Below, one piece after another: positions 1-9,217 of a DNA stretch of 44,212 bases; the first letter of the stretch is position 1; each line of letters begins with the position of its first letter. Under the pieces are notes generated by a model. The model saw only the letters and a program-made list of their open reading frames with translations, was not told where the DNA came from and did no database searches. Origin of the DNA: Desulfotignum sp. GTDB taxonomy: Bacteria > Desulfobacterota > Desulfobacteria > Desulfobacterales > Desulfobacteraceae. The position numbers and the translations under genes are program-made. The stretch is taken from assembly GCA_046482705.1 (NCBI GenBank), contig JAWOEP010000327.1, forward strand, positions 1 through 44,212. The letters are read 5' to 3'.

Positions 1-635
1 GCATTTCCCGGGGAAACTTCGATCTGTACCGGGTTTTTGAGCAATCCGTCGGCCAGCTGCCGAATCTCTTTGGTGTAGGTGGCGGAAAACAGCATATTCT
101 GTCGTCTGGCCGGCAGGCATTTGATCACTTTGCGGATGTCATGGATAAAGCCCATGTCCAGCATGCGGTCGGCCTCGTCAAGCACCAGGAACTGCACCTG
201 GGAAAGGTCAAGGGTTTTACGGCCCAGATGGTCCAGCAGACGGCCGGGGGTGGCCACCAGGATATCCACGCCTTTTTGAAACTGCTTTATCTGGGGAGAG
301 ATGTTTACCCCGCCGAAAATAACGGCGGTACGCAGGGATAAAAATCGTCCATAGTCTTTAAAATCATTTTCCACCTGGGCAGCAAGTTCCCTGGTGGGGG
401 TGAGGATCAGGGCCCGGGGAAGACGATGTTTCCCCTTTTCCTGGTCCAGGCGCTGCAGAATGGGCAGCGCAAAAGCAGCGGTTTTTCCGGTACCGGTACG
501 GGCACCTGCCAGGATATCTTTTCCCGTAAGAACTTCGGGGATGGCCTTTTCCTGAATAGGGGTGGGGGTGGTATGGCCCAGTGCCTCAACAGCACGGAGC
601 ATAGGGGTCTGAAGACCCAGGGTGTCAAACGACAT
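1..635 (-). CDS. rhlE: DEAD-box ATP-dependent RNA helicase (RhlE-like); 5' part only, runs off the window start
   Basis: Not in the ORF track because it is open at the edge. Reverse translation from ATG at 635 gives MSFDTLGL...[10 protein letters not shown] (Q motif), [11 protein letters not shown] (motif I), [13 protein letters not shown] (Ia), [23 protein letters not shown] (DEAD) and MLFSAT. SD GAAGGAG lies upstream. Confidence 0.92.
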   Translation of the reverse strand, partial: MSFDTLGLQTPMLRAVEALGHTTPTPIQEKAIPEVLTGKDILAGARTGTGKTAAFALPILQRLDQEKGKHRLPRALILTPTRELAAQVENDFKDYGRFLSLRTAVIFGGVNISPQIKQFQKGVDILVATPGRLLDHLGRKTLDLSQVQFLVLDEADRMLDMGFIHDIRKVIKCLPARRQNMLFSATYTKEIRQLADGLLKNPVQIEVSPGN

Positions 636-915
636 AGGTAATTCTCCTTCTTAAAAAAACGCCCGCCTGCAGAATACAGAACCGATCCAGGCAAAAAAGT
701 ATAAATTCGTAAGGATTGGGGTAAATTTTAAGATTAGGGAATTGACCGCAATACTCCAGGTGCCGACCGGATGGCACCAATAAAAAGATTACTTTACCAC
801 AATGTGGGCAAAACACAAGCTTTATTTTTTGGCGATATATCCTGCCCGGTTGAATTGCTGGTGGATCTGTGGTAAAAATCAGGTTATGTGACAACCGAAT
901 TACCGGAGACATATC

Positions 916-1737
916 ATGTTCGCAAATGCCATGGAAGTGTTTACACTCCTTGATAAATCCAACTGCAGAAAATGCAATGAACCCACCTGCCTGGCCTTTG
1001 CATCAAAGGTGTTTCTCGGGCAAAAAAAATTGTCGGAATGCCCGCACCTGGATGCTGAAATTCTGGCCCGGTACCAGGAAAATCCCAACCAGAAACACAG
1101 ACCCGGAGAAGCGGAACAGGAAAAAGAGCTTGCTGCCATGAAACAAAAACTGGCAGACCTGGATCTTGCCGAAGCTGCCGCCAGAACCGGCGGAAAATAT
1201 GATAAAGGCAGACTGACCATCCGGATTTTCGGCAAGCCGTTTTCAGTGGACAATGCCGGCCGTTTCCATTCAGATATTCATGTCAATCCCTGGATTACAG
1301 GGCCTGTGCTGACATATGTGCTGGAAAGCAATGGGGTTCCCCTTACCGGTGAATGGGTGCCTTTCCGGGAGCTTGCAGGCGGCCGGGAACTGAACGGCCT
1401 GTTTGTGAAGCGCACTGAAGAACCCTTGAAGAAAATTGCCGACACCTATCCGGATCTGTTTGAGGACCTGGCCATGATTTTCAGCGGAAAACAGGTGGAA
1501 GAGCTGTACCAGTCAGATATCTCTATGATCCTGCATCCGCTGCCCCTGGTGCCCATGATGATCTGCTACTGGAAAAAAGAAGACGGCATGGCATCGGATC
1601 TGCATCTGTTTTTTGACAGCAGCGCCTCTGAAAACGGGGGGAGCGACATGGTGTTCCGCCTTGTGGCCGGTATTGTCCAGATGTTTGAAAAGCTGGCAAA
1701 AACCCATGGATGGCAGGCAGCCGCAGATGTGGGATAG
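916..1737 (+). CDS. Fe-S cluster domain + DUF3786 family protein
   Basis: N-terminal [14 protein letters not shown]...ECPHL matches the RnfB/AcsC-like FeS motif. The C-terminal W-V-P-F-R-E-L...[13 protein letters not shown] pattern is typical of DUF3786. SD GGAG upstream. Confidence 0.8.
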   Translation: MFANAMEVFTLLDKSNCRKCNEPTCLAFASKVFLGQKKLSECPHLDAEILARYQENPNQKHRPGEAEQEKELAAMKQKLADLDLAEAAARTGGKYDKGRLTIRIFGKPFSVDNAGRFHSDIHVNPWITGPVLTYVLESNGVPLTGEWVPFRELAGGRELNGLFVKRTEEPLKKIADTYPDLFEDLAMIFSGKQVEELYQSDISMILHPLPLVPMMICYWKKEDGMASDLHLFFDSSASENGGSDMVFRLVAGIVQMFEKLAKTHGWQAAADVG

Positions 1738-1745
1738 CCTGCTGT

Positions 1746-2855
1746 TCAGGTTTCCACCAACTCCTCAAACTGGTCCATTGCCAGATCAATGGCGTTGCTG
1801 CACAGCCTGTTTACCTGCCGGATATCAGCCAGACTGGAAATTTTTTTTTGGGTCTGCCGCAAAGATAATAAAATATGGTTCCGCATGTCCGGATCTATAT
1901 TGTGGGTTGCCATATCAGCTGTCAGTCTGGTGATAACCGCATCTATCCGATCTTTTGCCTGCTGACGGCAGTCTTCTAATTTTCGGGATTCAATCTGCTG
2001 ATGACATGTATTGACCGTATTGAAAAGATCCCGGGCTGTCTGGATCCGGTCAAAGGGAGAGTGAGAGGAAACAATATCAGCCAGCTGGCTGTATGCAGCA
2101 GCAGCTTCAGGATTTTTCTTTATGTGCGGCAGGTTTTCACCAAATTGCGGCATGGCCTGTACCAGCTGATCCCAGAAGCCTATATCCTTTGTATAAAATG
2201 TGCGGATTTTTTGCAACTTTCGGGCAACGGTGGGTAAATGATTTTTGTGGTTGAAACAGTCGGTTAAAACAGCATGGGCGGTCTGGTTTTGCAGCAGGCG
2301 GCCTGTGAATGCAAGCAGTCTGGCCATCTGATCCCTGCCCGGGTAGGAACGTGTGCCTGCCAGAGTATAAAAAGTTTTCACATCATAGTGCCACTGCGCA
2401 AACATTTGTAATGCCGCAAAGGCAAAACCGTGCTGGTCTTCACAATCTGCAAATTCCACTCCCATCAACTGAAAAGTCTGCTGCACGGCATTGAATGTTG
2501 CTGCCGAAACTTTTTTGTTCAGGACCACCCGGATGTCTGTATCTGGTGTGTCCAGCAGCTTCTGTTTGGCATCCAGGGCCGTTATCTGCCGTCCCGCAAG
2601 ATAAAAGCAGAGCTTGAGTTCATGCACAAATCCAAAAATAATCTGAAGGATTTCTGATTCAGGCAGGCTGTTCCGGGTTGATACCTCAGTTATGATATCA
2701 AAAAGATTTGCCTGGCCGTGCATGGTGCATTGCTCGGCAATGCATGACAAAACCAGATCAGTGAGGCGTGCGTCATCCATTTCAAGCCCGAACAGGATCT
2801 GTCTGGGTCCCAGTACAATCGCCTTGATCCACTTTTTTTTCAGGCTGGTTTCCAT
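1746..2855 (-). CDS. Hypothetical helical protein resembling the C-terminal region of the BREX ATPase BrxC; no P-loop
   Basis: 369-aa ORF. Motifs W..D...Y.LAGT.SYPG, FY......W..L, L..I.....PF..I and MRN.IL..L recall BrxC C-terminal segments (by-eye recollection). Confidence 0.55.
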   Translation of the reverse strand: METSLKKKWIKAIVLGPRQILFGLEMDDARLTDLVLSCIAEQCTMHGQANLFDIITEVSTRNSLPESEILQIIFGFVHELKLCFYLAGRQITALDAKQKLLDTPDTDIRVVLNKKVSAATFNAVQQTFQLMGVEFADCEDQHGFAFAALQMFAQWHYDVKTFYTLAGTRSYPGRDQMARLLAFTGRLLQNQTAHAVLTDCFNHKNHLPTVARKLQKIRTFYTKDIGFWDQLVQAMPQFGENLPHIKKNPEAAAAYSQLADIVSSHSPFDRIQTARDLFNTVNTCHQQIESRKLEDCRQQAKDRIDAVITRLTADMATHNIDPDMRNHILLSLRQTQKKISSLADIRQVNRLCSNAIDLAMDQFEELVET

Positions 2856-2893
2856 TTATTATCCTGTCAATTAATATAAAAGCCATCAGTACT

Positions 2894-2912
2894 CAGCTAA
2901 CAGCTAACAGCT
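2894..2912. repeat. Short tandem heptamer repeat (CAGCTAA) x2.7
   Basis: cagctaa cagctaa cagct read directly in the intergenic region. Confidence 0.7.
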
Positions 2913-3124
2913 TTCATCTGTTGCGGTTTCTGAGGCCATGATTGTTATTTTTAAGAAACTATTAACTGCTGTGCCAGCTATTGACAAGCATAAAATAAAA
3001 AAAAGAGAATCCCAAACGCTGACTGTTTTTTTTCGAAGAGGCGGGCATGACAATATTGTGCTGGTATTTTTTTAGACAATATGGCAATCTGAAAACTGCA
3101 AAAAAAAATTTAAGGAGTTATCCC

Positions 3125-3535
3125 ATGAAGGTTGTACACTGGAAAAATTGTAAAGAAAAATCAATAGATACGTTTCCCTACAAAGGCAAGCACCTGGATG
3201 TCATCGGCACAAGCATCCGGTGGTTGTCTCAGCACGGTGAAGATGAAAACGGGATTCCGGAATACGGGCTGCGGTTTTTCACCATTCAGCCCGGGGGGCA
3301 GATCCCCATTCACAACCATTTTTATCACCAGACCATGTATATTCTGTCCGGAGAGTTCGAATGCTGGGAATTTGATCAAAAAACAGATGAATTGAATAAG
3401 AAGAAAGTCTGCGGACCCGGGACTTCCATCTACATTCCCAGCATGCAGCCCCACGGCATGAAAAACATTACAGACGAACCTGCCACGTTTTTATGCTGTA
3501 TCTGCAATGTTTATGATGAAGAAGCAGTGTTATAG
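3125..3535 (+). CDS. Cupin domain protein
   Basis: Cupin motifs PGGQIPIHNH..HQTMYILSG and YIPSMQPHGMKN. Start placed at ATG 3125 after SD TAAGGAG; the ORF track starts at 3047. Confidence 0.88.
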   Translation: MKVVHWKNCKEKSIDTFPYKGKHLDVIGTSIRWLSQHGEDENGIPEYGLRFFTIQPGGQIPIHNHFYHQTMYILSGEFECWEFDQKTDELNKKKVCGPGTSIYIPSMQPHGMKNITDEPATFLCCICNVYDEEAVL

Positions 3536-3805
3536 AAAGGCGGGAAAACCGGGGCCGGTAAAAAGTTCAGCAGCAGTTTAAAATCCAGTGGATTGAAAAG
3601 AATCTTGACAATGTTATGGATGCCTGTTACCAGAAAAGTGATCCAGTGATTAATTTCATGTCCAAACATGGTGTTCAATCCATGAGAAAGGATGGTTAAT
3701 TTGTCAAACGTCACGCCCACCGCGTTGATATGATGCAGGCCGCCCGGTTTCTGGGGGGCAGGGCGGTATTGTGGCCGTAGCAAAGACCACTGGACGTCAG
3801 GCGGA

Positions 3806-3827
3806 TGAACTTTTAGATAGAAGTTCA
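3806..3827. promoter_or_regulatory. Imperfect inverted repeat, candidate regulator operator upstream of the T6SS membrane-complex operon
   Basis: TGAACTTTTA-GA-TAGAAGTTCA: 10-bp arms with one mismatch, ~110 bp upstream of the ATG at 3940. Confidence 0.4.
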
Positions 3828-3939
3828 ATGATTTTTGGGTTGATTTTCCCACGCATAGTCGATAGGTTAAGCATGACTATTCGATATATTTTATGCCATT
3901 TATTGATAATGTGTGCTTTCTGCCGGGGAAGAAAAGAGA

Positions 3940-5829
3940 ATGCATAAAACGATCTCATTGCTTCCATTTTTAGAATCTGAAAGGGAAGGTTTTTCCCTGG
4001 AGATTCTGATTTCAGATCCGGCTGGCGATGAATATCATGGTGATTTTCGCCCATTTCAGGTTGCTGACAGCGGTCAGTGCTTTTCCATGATAGTCAAGGC
4101 CAACATCAAGACGTCACATGCCGGCCCTTGTCTGCCCCTTTTCCTGCTCGTTCAAAGAGACAATTATCCGGTTTCTTCGAACGGATTGCGTACATATACC
4201 AATGCAGACATGGACCGGATATGGCAGGATACTATCCAGTCCTGTTCCGCAGATAAAACAGTTTTCTGGCATCCGGAGCCAGCCTGTTTCAAGCCGCTGT
4301 TCTTCTGCCGGTATAAAACATTATTTTTTCATCCCCCATGCCCTGAATGCGGCGGACTGCTGGATCTGTGTACAGATGACCGGCTTTTGAAACAGGCGGC
4401 CCTCTTCCCCTATCATGCTTCTTTGAAACGGTATCTGTTTTGTCCCCGCTGCCAGGCCGGGGAGGGTAAAAATATTTTTTACCAGTATTCCCGTTCCCCG
4501 GAAGACCGAGTCTTTGTCAAGGACCGGTTTGATCTGGTCAGGGATTTCAAACGGCTGAGAAGCGCTTTTGCAGAGAGTTTTCCCTGCCTTTTCTGCCCGG
4601 AGCATGCCCAATGCCATATCACCGGTGAAAAAGCCCTGTCCCGTATCAATGCTTTTTCTTTTTATCCATTTTACATGCTTGTGTTTGATGCCGCCGTCGT
4701 TAAAGGAGTTGACTTTATACCTTTGTTGTCCGGGGCCCGCATGGAAGATGTTCCCGCCCTTGCTGATACAGTTTCCGGTGCCGCCCTTGATGCGAGCCGG
4801 ATTTCCCATGGTGGTAACGGTTTTTTCTTTGAAAATGAAACCCGTTTTTTTCTTGAAGTGCTGTATTTAAAATTGTCATTTTTTGAAAAATTTGCCAGGC
4901 TTCTGAAGCAAAAGGTTCATGACAATATCCGTTCCATTGTGAACCTGTCCGCCCACAGCATCTGGCTGACGCCCTTAAATCAAGGGAGTATGCTGCCGTT
5001 TTTCTGGGGATTTGATCTGAATATTATCGATCTGGTGTCCAACAGGCATGAAGACGGGGGAGATGTTTTTCCGGCCGGTAACAAAAATATCGATTTTCTT
5101 GCCGGTCTCTGGTTTTATACTTTTCTGGTGAATCGGAATCAGGGGCAAAATGAGGTCTTTGCCGGACTCAGGCAGCTCTCCGGAAACAACTCCATGGAAG
5201 CGAATTTTTCCGATTATACGCGACTGGTTCAGGCATATCCCTTTATGGCAGTGGAAAATGTTTTCTGGCATCCTGAGAATGGAACGGTTTCGGAACAATG
5301 GCATCCGTTGTGGCTCAAAACACTGGCAGCAGGGGCCCGGTTTTTTCAGCCGCATTCTCAGGATCTGAAAACAGAAGTTGATACCCTGCTGCAGGATTTG
5401 GATGGGTTGAAACAAAAGGTGAAAATCTCTTTGTTTTCCGCCCGGAGTGCCGGGGATGAACCGCTTGCGGACCTGAAACCGCAGTTGACAGTTCATGGAG
5501 TTCCACCCGGAACCCAGGCCCGCAAACAAGCCGTCCGTTCTCTGCTGTTAAAACTGAAAGATAAATGGGAGGCAGAAGAGATTAAGGCAGGGCCGGATCC
5601 GAAGATCCGGGAAGAGGATGTGCTCGAAACCATTGTGCTGTCTTCTTCTGAAAAAAACCGTCCGGAAAGCGAACCTGACCCGGGTGCAGATTTCGAGGAT
5701 CTGGAGAAAACCGTTATCATGACGCCGGACCATATGACGGGTTCCGACAGGGGCGCGGAACAGAATGACAGGTTTTTCGGTGAAAACGATGATCTGGAAA
5801 AGACAGTGGTGATATCTCCGAAAAAATAA
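3940..5829 (+). CDS. Uncharacterised Cys-rich (putative Zn-binding) protein, first gene of the tssJKLM operon
   Basis: Long ORF (track start 3913; ATG 3940 preferred). Contains CPECG, CPRC and CLFC...C motifs and an acidic C-tail with three (D)-[LV]-[LE]-[EK]-T-[VI]-[VI] repeats. 10 bp from the next gene. Confidence 0.8.
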   Translation: MHKTISLLPFLESEREGFSLEILISDPAGDEYHGDFRPFQVADSGQCFSMIVKANIKTSHAGPCLPLFLLVQRDNYPVSSNGLRTYTNADMDRIWQDTIQSCSADKTVFWHPEPACFKPLFFCRYKTLFFHPPCPECGGLLDLCTDDRLLKQAALFPYHASLKRYLFCPRCQAGEGKNIFYQYSRSPEDRVFVKDRFDLVRDFKRLRSAFAESFPCLFCPEHAQCHITGEKALSRINAFSFYPFYMLVFDAAVVKGVDFIPLLSGARMEDVPALADTVSGAALDASRISHGGNGFFFENETRFFLEVLYLKLSFFEKFARLLKQKVHDNIRSIVNLSAHSIWLTPLNQGSMLPFFWGFDLNIIDLVSNRHEDGGDVFPAGNKNIDFLAGLWFYTFLVNRNQGQNEVFAGLRQLSGNNSMEANFSDYTRLVQAYPFMAVENVFWHPENGTVSEQWHPLWLKTLAAGARFFQPHSQDLKTEVDTLLQDLDGLKQKVKISLFSARSAGDEPLADLKPQLTVHGVPPGTQARKQAVRSLLLKLKDKWEAEEIKAGPDPKIREEDVLETIVLSSSEKNRPESEPDPGADFEDLEKTVIMTPDHMTGSDRGAEQNDRFFGENDDLEKTVVISPKK

Positions 5830-5839
5830 ACCGGAAACC

Positions 5840-6595
5840 ATGAACAAGACAATGGATCAAGGGATGACGGAAACCATATCATATGAGACGCTGGAAACCC
5901 GTATTCTGGAGATATATCAAAAATTCGGAGACCAGAGTCAGGATCAGCTGGACCGGTATCTGACAGATACGCTGGGAAATCTTGACAGGGTTCAGAAAAT
6001 GGCTGTGCTGAACCGTTTGATTGACCAATTGGACACACCGGATCAGAAAGGGGGGTGCGCACCATCCCCGGCAATTGATGACCATGTTTTGTCCCGGGTG
6101 ATAAAACTGCTGTTGGGACGGGATATCTCCAAGGTGGAGCTGAGTTCCGATGAACTGCTGGAGAGCCTTGCCGAATCCATAAATACGGTTTTTGAGTCGT
6201 TGAATCAATTAATCAGCGTCATCAATACCACCCTGGTGGGAAGGCAGGATCCGGACCAGACCATCCGCCAGGTGATCGGGTACAATATCGAGGGCAGCAG
6301 CCAGGGCCGTCCACTGGAGGCATATATCGGCCAGATCGGCAAGGCTTTTTTCGAAGCCCAGGAAGCATCCAAAAAAGCGGCCCATGCCAAGGTGCGGCAG
6401 ATTCTGGAAGAACTAGCGCCGGAAAAAATAGCAGCTGAGACCGAAGGGTCAGCCATCGGGCCTTTTCGCCGGGCCAAGAGCTATGAAGTATATGAACACA
6501 AGTTTGAAAAATTTAGAAACTGGTTTGAATCCGGCCGGTTTATGGAATCGTTTTTAAGGGAATTTGAAAAAAATTGCCGAAATATATCGTTTTAA
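5840..6595 (+). CDS. T6SS-associated protein resembling the C-terminal domain of TagH/Fha, without an FHA domain
   Basis: C-terminal A...V..ILEELAPE.I......GPFRRAK.YE.YE.KF......F...FLREFE matches the TagH C-terminal pattern. Lies directly upstream of tssJ. Confidence 0.65.
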   Translation: MNKTMDQGMTETISYETLETRILEIYQKFGDQSQDQLDRYLTDTLGNLDRVQKMAVLNRLIDQLDTPDQKGGCAPSPAIDDHVLSRVIKLLLGRDISKVELSSDELLESLAESINTVFESLNQLISVINTTLVGRQDPDQTIRQVIGYNIEGSSQGRPLEAYIGQIGKAFFEAQEASKKAAHAKVRQILEELAPEKIAAETEGSAIGPFRRAKSYEVYEHKFEKFRNWFESGRFMESFLREFEKNCRNISF

Positions 6596-6613
6596 CCTCA
6601 TCAGGAGAGAAAC

Positions 6614-7150
6614 ATGAACAAGACCGTAATGATGGTGATGTCTGTACTGTTAATGCTGATAATGCTTTCATGTGCCAAAAAAACGCCGCCCCCCCCGCAG
6701 TGGACCTATGAAAAGGATGCTGTAAAAATTGAGATTCAGGCAGATGCATTGCTGAATCAGGACAACGGCAAAGCCCATACCCTCTCGTTATGCCTGTATC
6801 AGTTGCGTGATCCCAATGGATTTAACCAGCTTTCCCAGGACCGGGAGGGGCTGTACCGGCTGCTGGAATGCAAATTGTTCGATGCGGGTGTGGCCTCATC
6901 CAAACGCCTGATTGTGAATCCGGGAGAGACAACCACCCTGGTAATGGACCGTGCGGAAAATGCCAAATACCTGGCAGTGGCTGCAGGATATTACACCATT
7001 GAAAAAGAAAGAATTACCCGGTTGATTGATATTCCCGTTGTCATCGAAAAAAAGGGGTTTATTTCCAGAGAACAAAAACAGAAACCCGGCATGCTGGATG
7101 CAACCCTTTTTCTCGGTCCTGAACAGATTGAGAAAATCGAGGGGCGGTAG
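6614..7150 (+). CDS. tssJ: T6SS outer-membrane lipoprotein TssJ
   Basis: Lipobox LIMLS-C; A...LN......H.L.L.LYQL, V.PGE and YLAVAAGY motifs; SD AGGAG; precedes tssK. Confidence 0.9.
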   Translation: MNKTVMMVMSVLLMLIMLSCAKKTPPPPQWTYEKDAVKIEIQADALLNQDNGKAHTLSLCLYQLRDPNGFNQLSQDREGLYRLLECKLFDAGVASSKRLIVNPGETTTLVMDRAENAKYLAVAAGYYTIEKERITRLIDIPVVIEKKGFISREQKQKPGMLDATLFLGPEQIEKIEGR

Positions 7151-7152
7151 CA

Positions 7153-8538
7153 ATGGTCAAGCCCCTTTTCTGGCATCAGGGCCTTTTTCTTCAGCCCCAC
7201 CATTTCCAGTTGAGCGATCTGTACAACAGGTCCCATACAGATCCCTGGTACCGTTTTGCAGCACCCCATTTCTGGGGGGCGGGCAGTTTCAAAATAGATG
7301 AAGCCGCACTGGCCGGTCATGTGTTTGGCATGGTGGCCGGAGAGTTTGTTTTTCCTGATCATACCCACGTGGTTTTAGGAGAAAATGCCCTGATTCAGGC
7401 CCGTTCCTTTGAAACCGCCTGGACAGACGGTGGACGGGCATTCAATGTTTTTCTGGGTTTGAAAAAATGGCATGATGATAACGCGAATGTGACGGCTGTC
7501 GAGGATGCCGGGGATCTGTCCCGGGTGTCCACCCGCTTTTTTTCTTTGAGCGCGCCCAATGAAGTTGCGGATCTGCACGGAGACGGTCCCAAAGCTGAAG
7601 TCCGGCAGATGCAGTTCCTGGTGAAAATATTCTGGGAAACCGAGATGGATTTTCAGGGAGAGTATCAGCTGATACCCATCGCCCGCCTGAAAAGACATCT
7701 TGAAGATGTGGTTGTGGACAAGGAGTTCATTCCACCCTGCCTGACCATTGCCGGATCAGACGTCCTGGCGGGTATCGTCAAGGAAATCAGGGACCAGGTT
7801 TTTTCCAAAACCCGGCAGCTTGAGGCGGTGAAGCGGGCCAAGGGCGTGCATACTGCGGAATTCGGGTCCAGGGATATGGTATATATGATGGCATTGCGGT
7901 CCCTGAACCGATATGTACCTCTATTGATACACATGACCGGTGTGATCCAGTGTCATCCCTGGGCCGTGTACGGCCTGCTCAAACAGATCGTGGGAGAACT
8001 GTCTTCATTTTCCGCCACCGTTTCCGCTACCGGGGAGCTCGAAGACGGTACCGCACTCATGGCAGACTATGATCATCAAAAACTGTGGGCCTGTTTTTCC
8101 GGTGCCCAGCTTCTGATTACCCGGTTACTGGATGAAATTACGGCCGGGCCCGAGTATATTATTCCGCTGCCGTTTGACGGCACCTATTTTACAGCGGATC
8201 TGCCCCCGGCATTGTTTGAAGGATCCAACCGATTTTATCTGGTTCTGGAATCGCAGCACCAGGCAGATGTGATTATCGATGCCATGGCCGGCATTGCCAA
8301 GCTGAGTGCCAGGGAGTCATTGCCTATTCTGATTGCCCAGTCTCTGCCCGGAATTCGTCTGTCATACCTGGAAAACATCCCACAGGAACTGCCGCGAAAA
8401 GCCAATGCCCTGTATTTCAGGATTGATCACCATGGCAAACAGTGGGAACCGGTACCCAGGGGAAACAACATCGCCCTCTACTGGGATATGGCCCCGGAAG
8501 ATCTGGCGGTGGAACTGATGATCGTGAAAAGGAACTGA
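7153..8538 (+). CDS. tssK: T6SS baseplate subunit TssK
   Basis: N-terminal LFWHQGLFLQPHHFQ; FIPPCL, HP...Y..L..L.GEL, YDH and LPG..L...P.ELP motifs. Confidence 0.95.
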   Translation: MVKPLFWHQGLFLQPHHFQLSDLYNRSHTDPWYRFAAPHFWGAGSFKIDEAALAGHVFGMVAGEFVFPDHTHVVLGENALIQARSFETAWTDGGRAFNVFLGLKKWHDDNANVTAVEDAGDLSRVSTRFFSLSAPNEVADLHGDGPKAEVRQMQFLVKIFWETEMDFQGEYQLIPIARLKRHLEDVVVDKEFIPPCLTIAGSDVLAGIVKEIRDQVFSKTRQLEAVKRAKGVHTAEFGSRDMVYMMALRSLNRYVPLLIHMTGVIQCHPWAVYGLLKQIVGELSSFSATVSATGELEDGTALMADYDHQKLWACFSGAQLLITRLLDEITAGPEYIIPLPFDGTYFTADLPPALFEGSNRFYLVLESQHQADVIIDAMAGIAKLSARESLPILIAQSLPGIRLSYLENIPQELPRKANALYFRIDHHGKQWEPVPRGNNIALYWDMAPEDLAVELMIVKRN

Positions 8539-8542
8539 AAAT

Positions 8543-9217
8543 ATGCGGCTGGCGGACTGTTTTACCGATATGATTTCGTATACCATCCTGCTGCTGAAAA
8601 AAACAGACAGGGAAGGCATCCCTTTTGACCAGGCCGTCAATCATATGGACCGTTTGATCAATGACAGTGAATCCCTGTTTGCGACGACCGGCCTCTCACG
8701 GGAGGATTATGATCTGGCCAGATTTGCCGTGTTTGCCTGGATCGATGAAAGTATCATGCGGAGCAACTGGGAAGGCAGCCGTCATTGGCAGGGGCATCAA
8801 CTCCAGCGCAGGTTTTTTCAAACCGCAGATGCCGGAGAGCTTTTTTTCCAAAAACTCAATATGATCGGCCCCCATCAGAATTCGGTCAGAGAAGTGTATT
8901 ATATCTGTCTGGCCCTCGGGTTTTCCGGACAATATCACAGGCAGGGGGATGACATGCTGCTGGATCAACTCAGAATATCCAACCTCAAGCTGCTGACCGG
9001 CAGCTCCATGGATCTGCCGGACATGAACCGGATCACGCTTTTTCCCAAAGCATATGTCAAGGAGCATGATATTCAGGACAGTGCCGGATCAAAGCGGTTT
9101 TCATGGATCACCCTTGCGGCGTTTTTGGTGCCGGTCGGATTTTATGGACTGCTGTTTCTCATTTATACTTTTGTGTTGAACAATGTGGGGCAAACCTTAA
9201 TTACCCGGGTGCCGTAA
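8543..9217 (+). CDS. tssL: T6SS inner-membrane protein TssL (DotU), no OmpA domain
   Basis: ARFAVFAWIDE, W....LQ..FF....AGE.FF..L and EVYY.CL.LGF.G.Y motifs; C-terminal TM helix. Confidence 0.95.
   Translation: MRLADCFTDMISYTILLLKKTDREGIPFDQAVNHMDRLINDSESLFATTGLSREDYDLARFAVFAWIDESIMRSNWEGSRHWQGHQLQRRFFQTADAGELFFQKLNMIGPHQNSVREVYYICLALGFSGQYHRQGDDMLLDQLRISNLKLLTGSSMDLPDMNRITLFPKAYVKEHDIQDSAGSKRFSWITLAAFLVPVGFYGLLFLIYTFVLNNVGQTLITRVP

Noticed and set aside
2961-2976. TGGCAC on the - strand as a sigma54 promoter
   Set aside because: The -12 position reads TTAA instead of TTGC.
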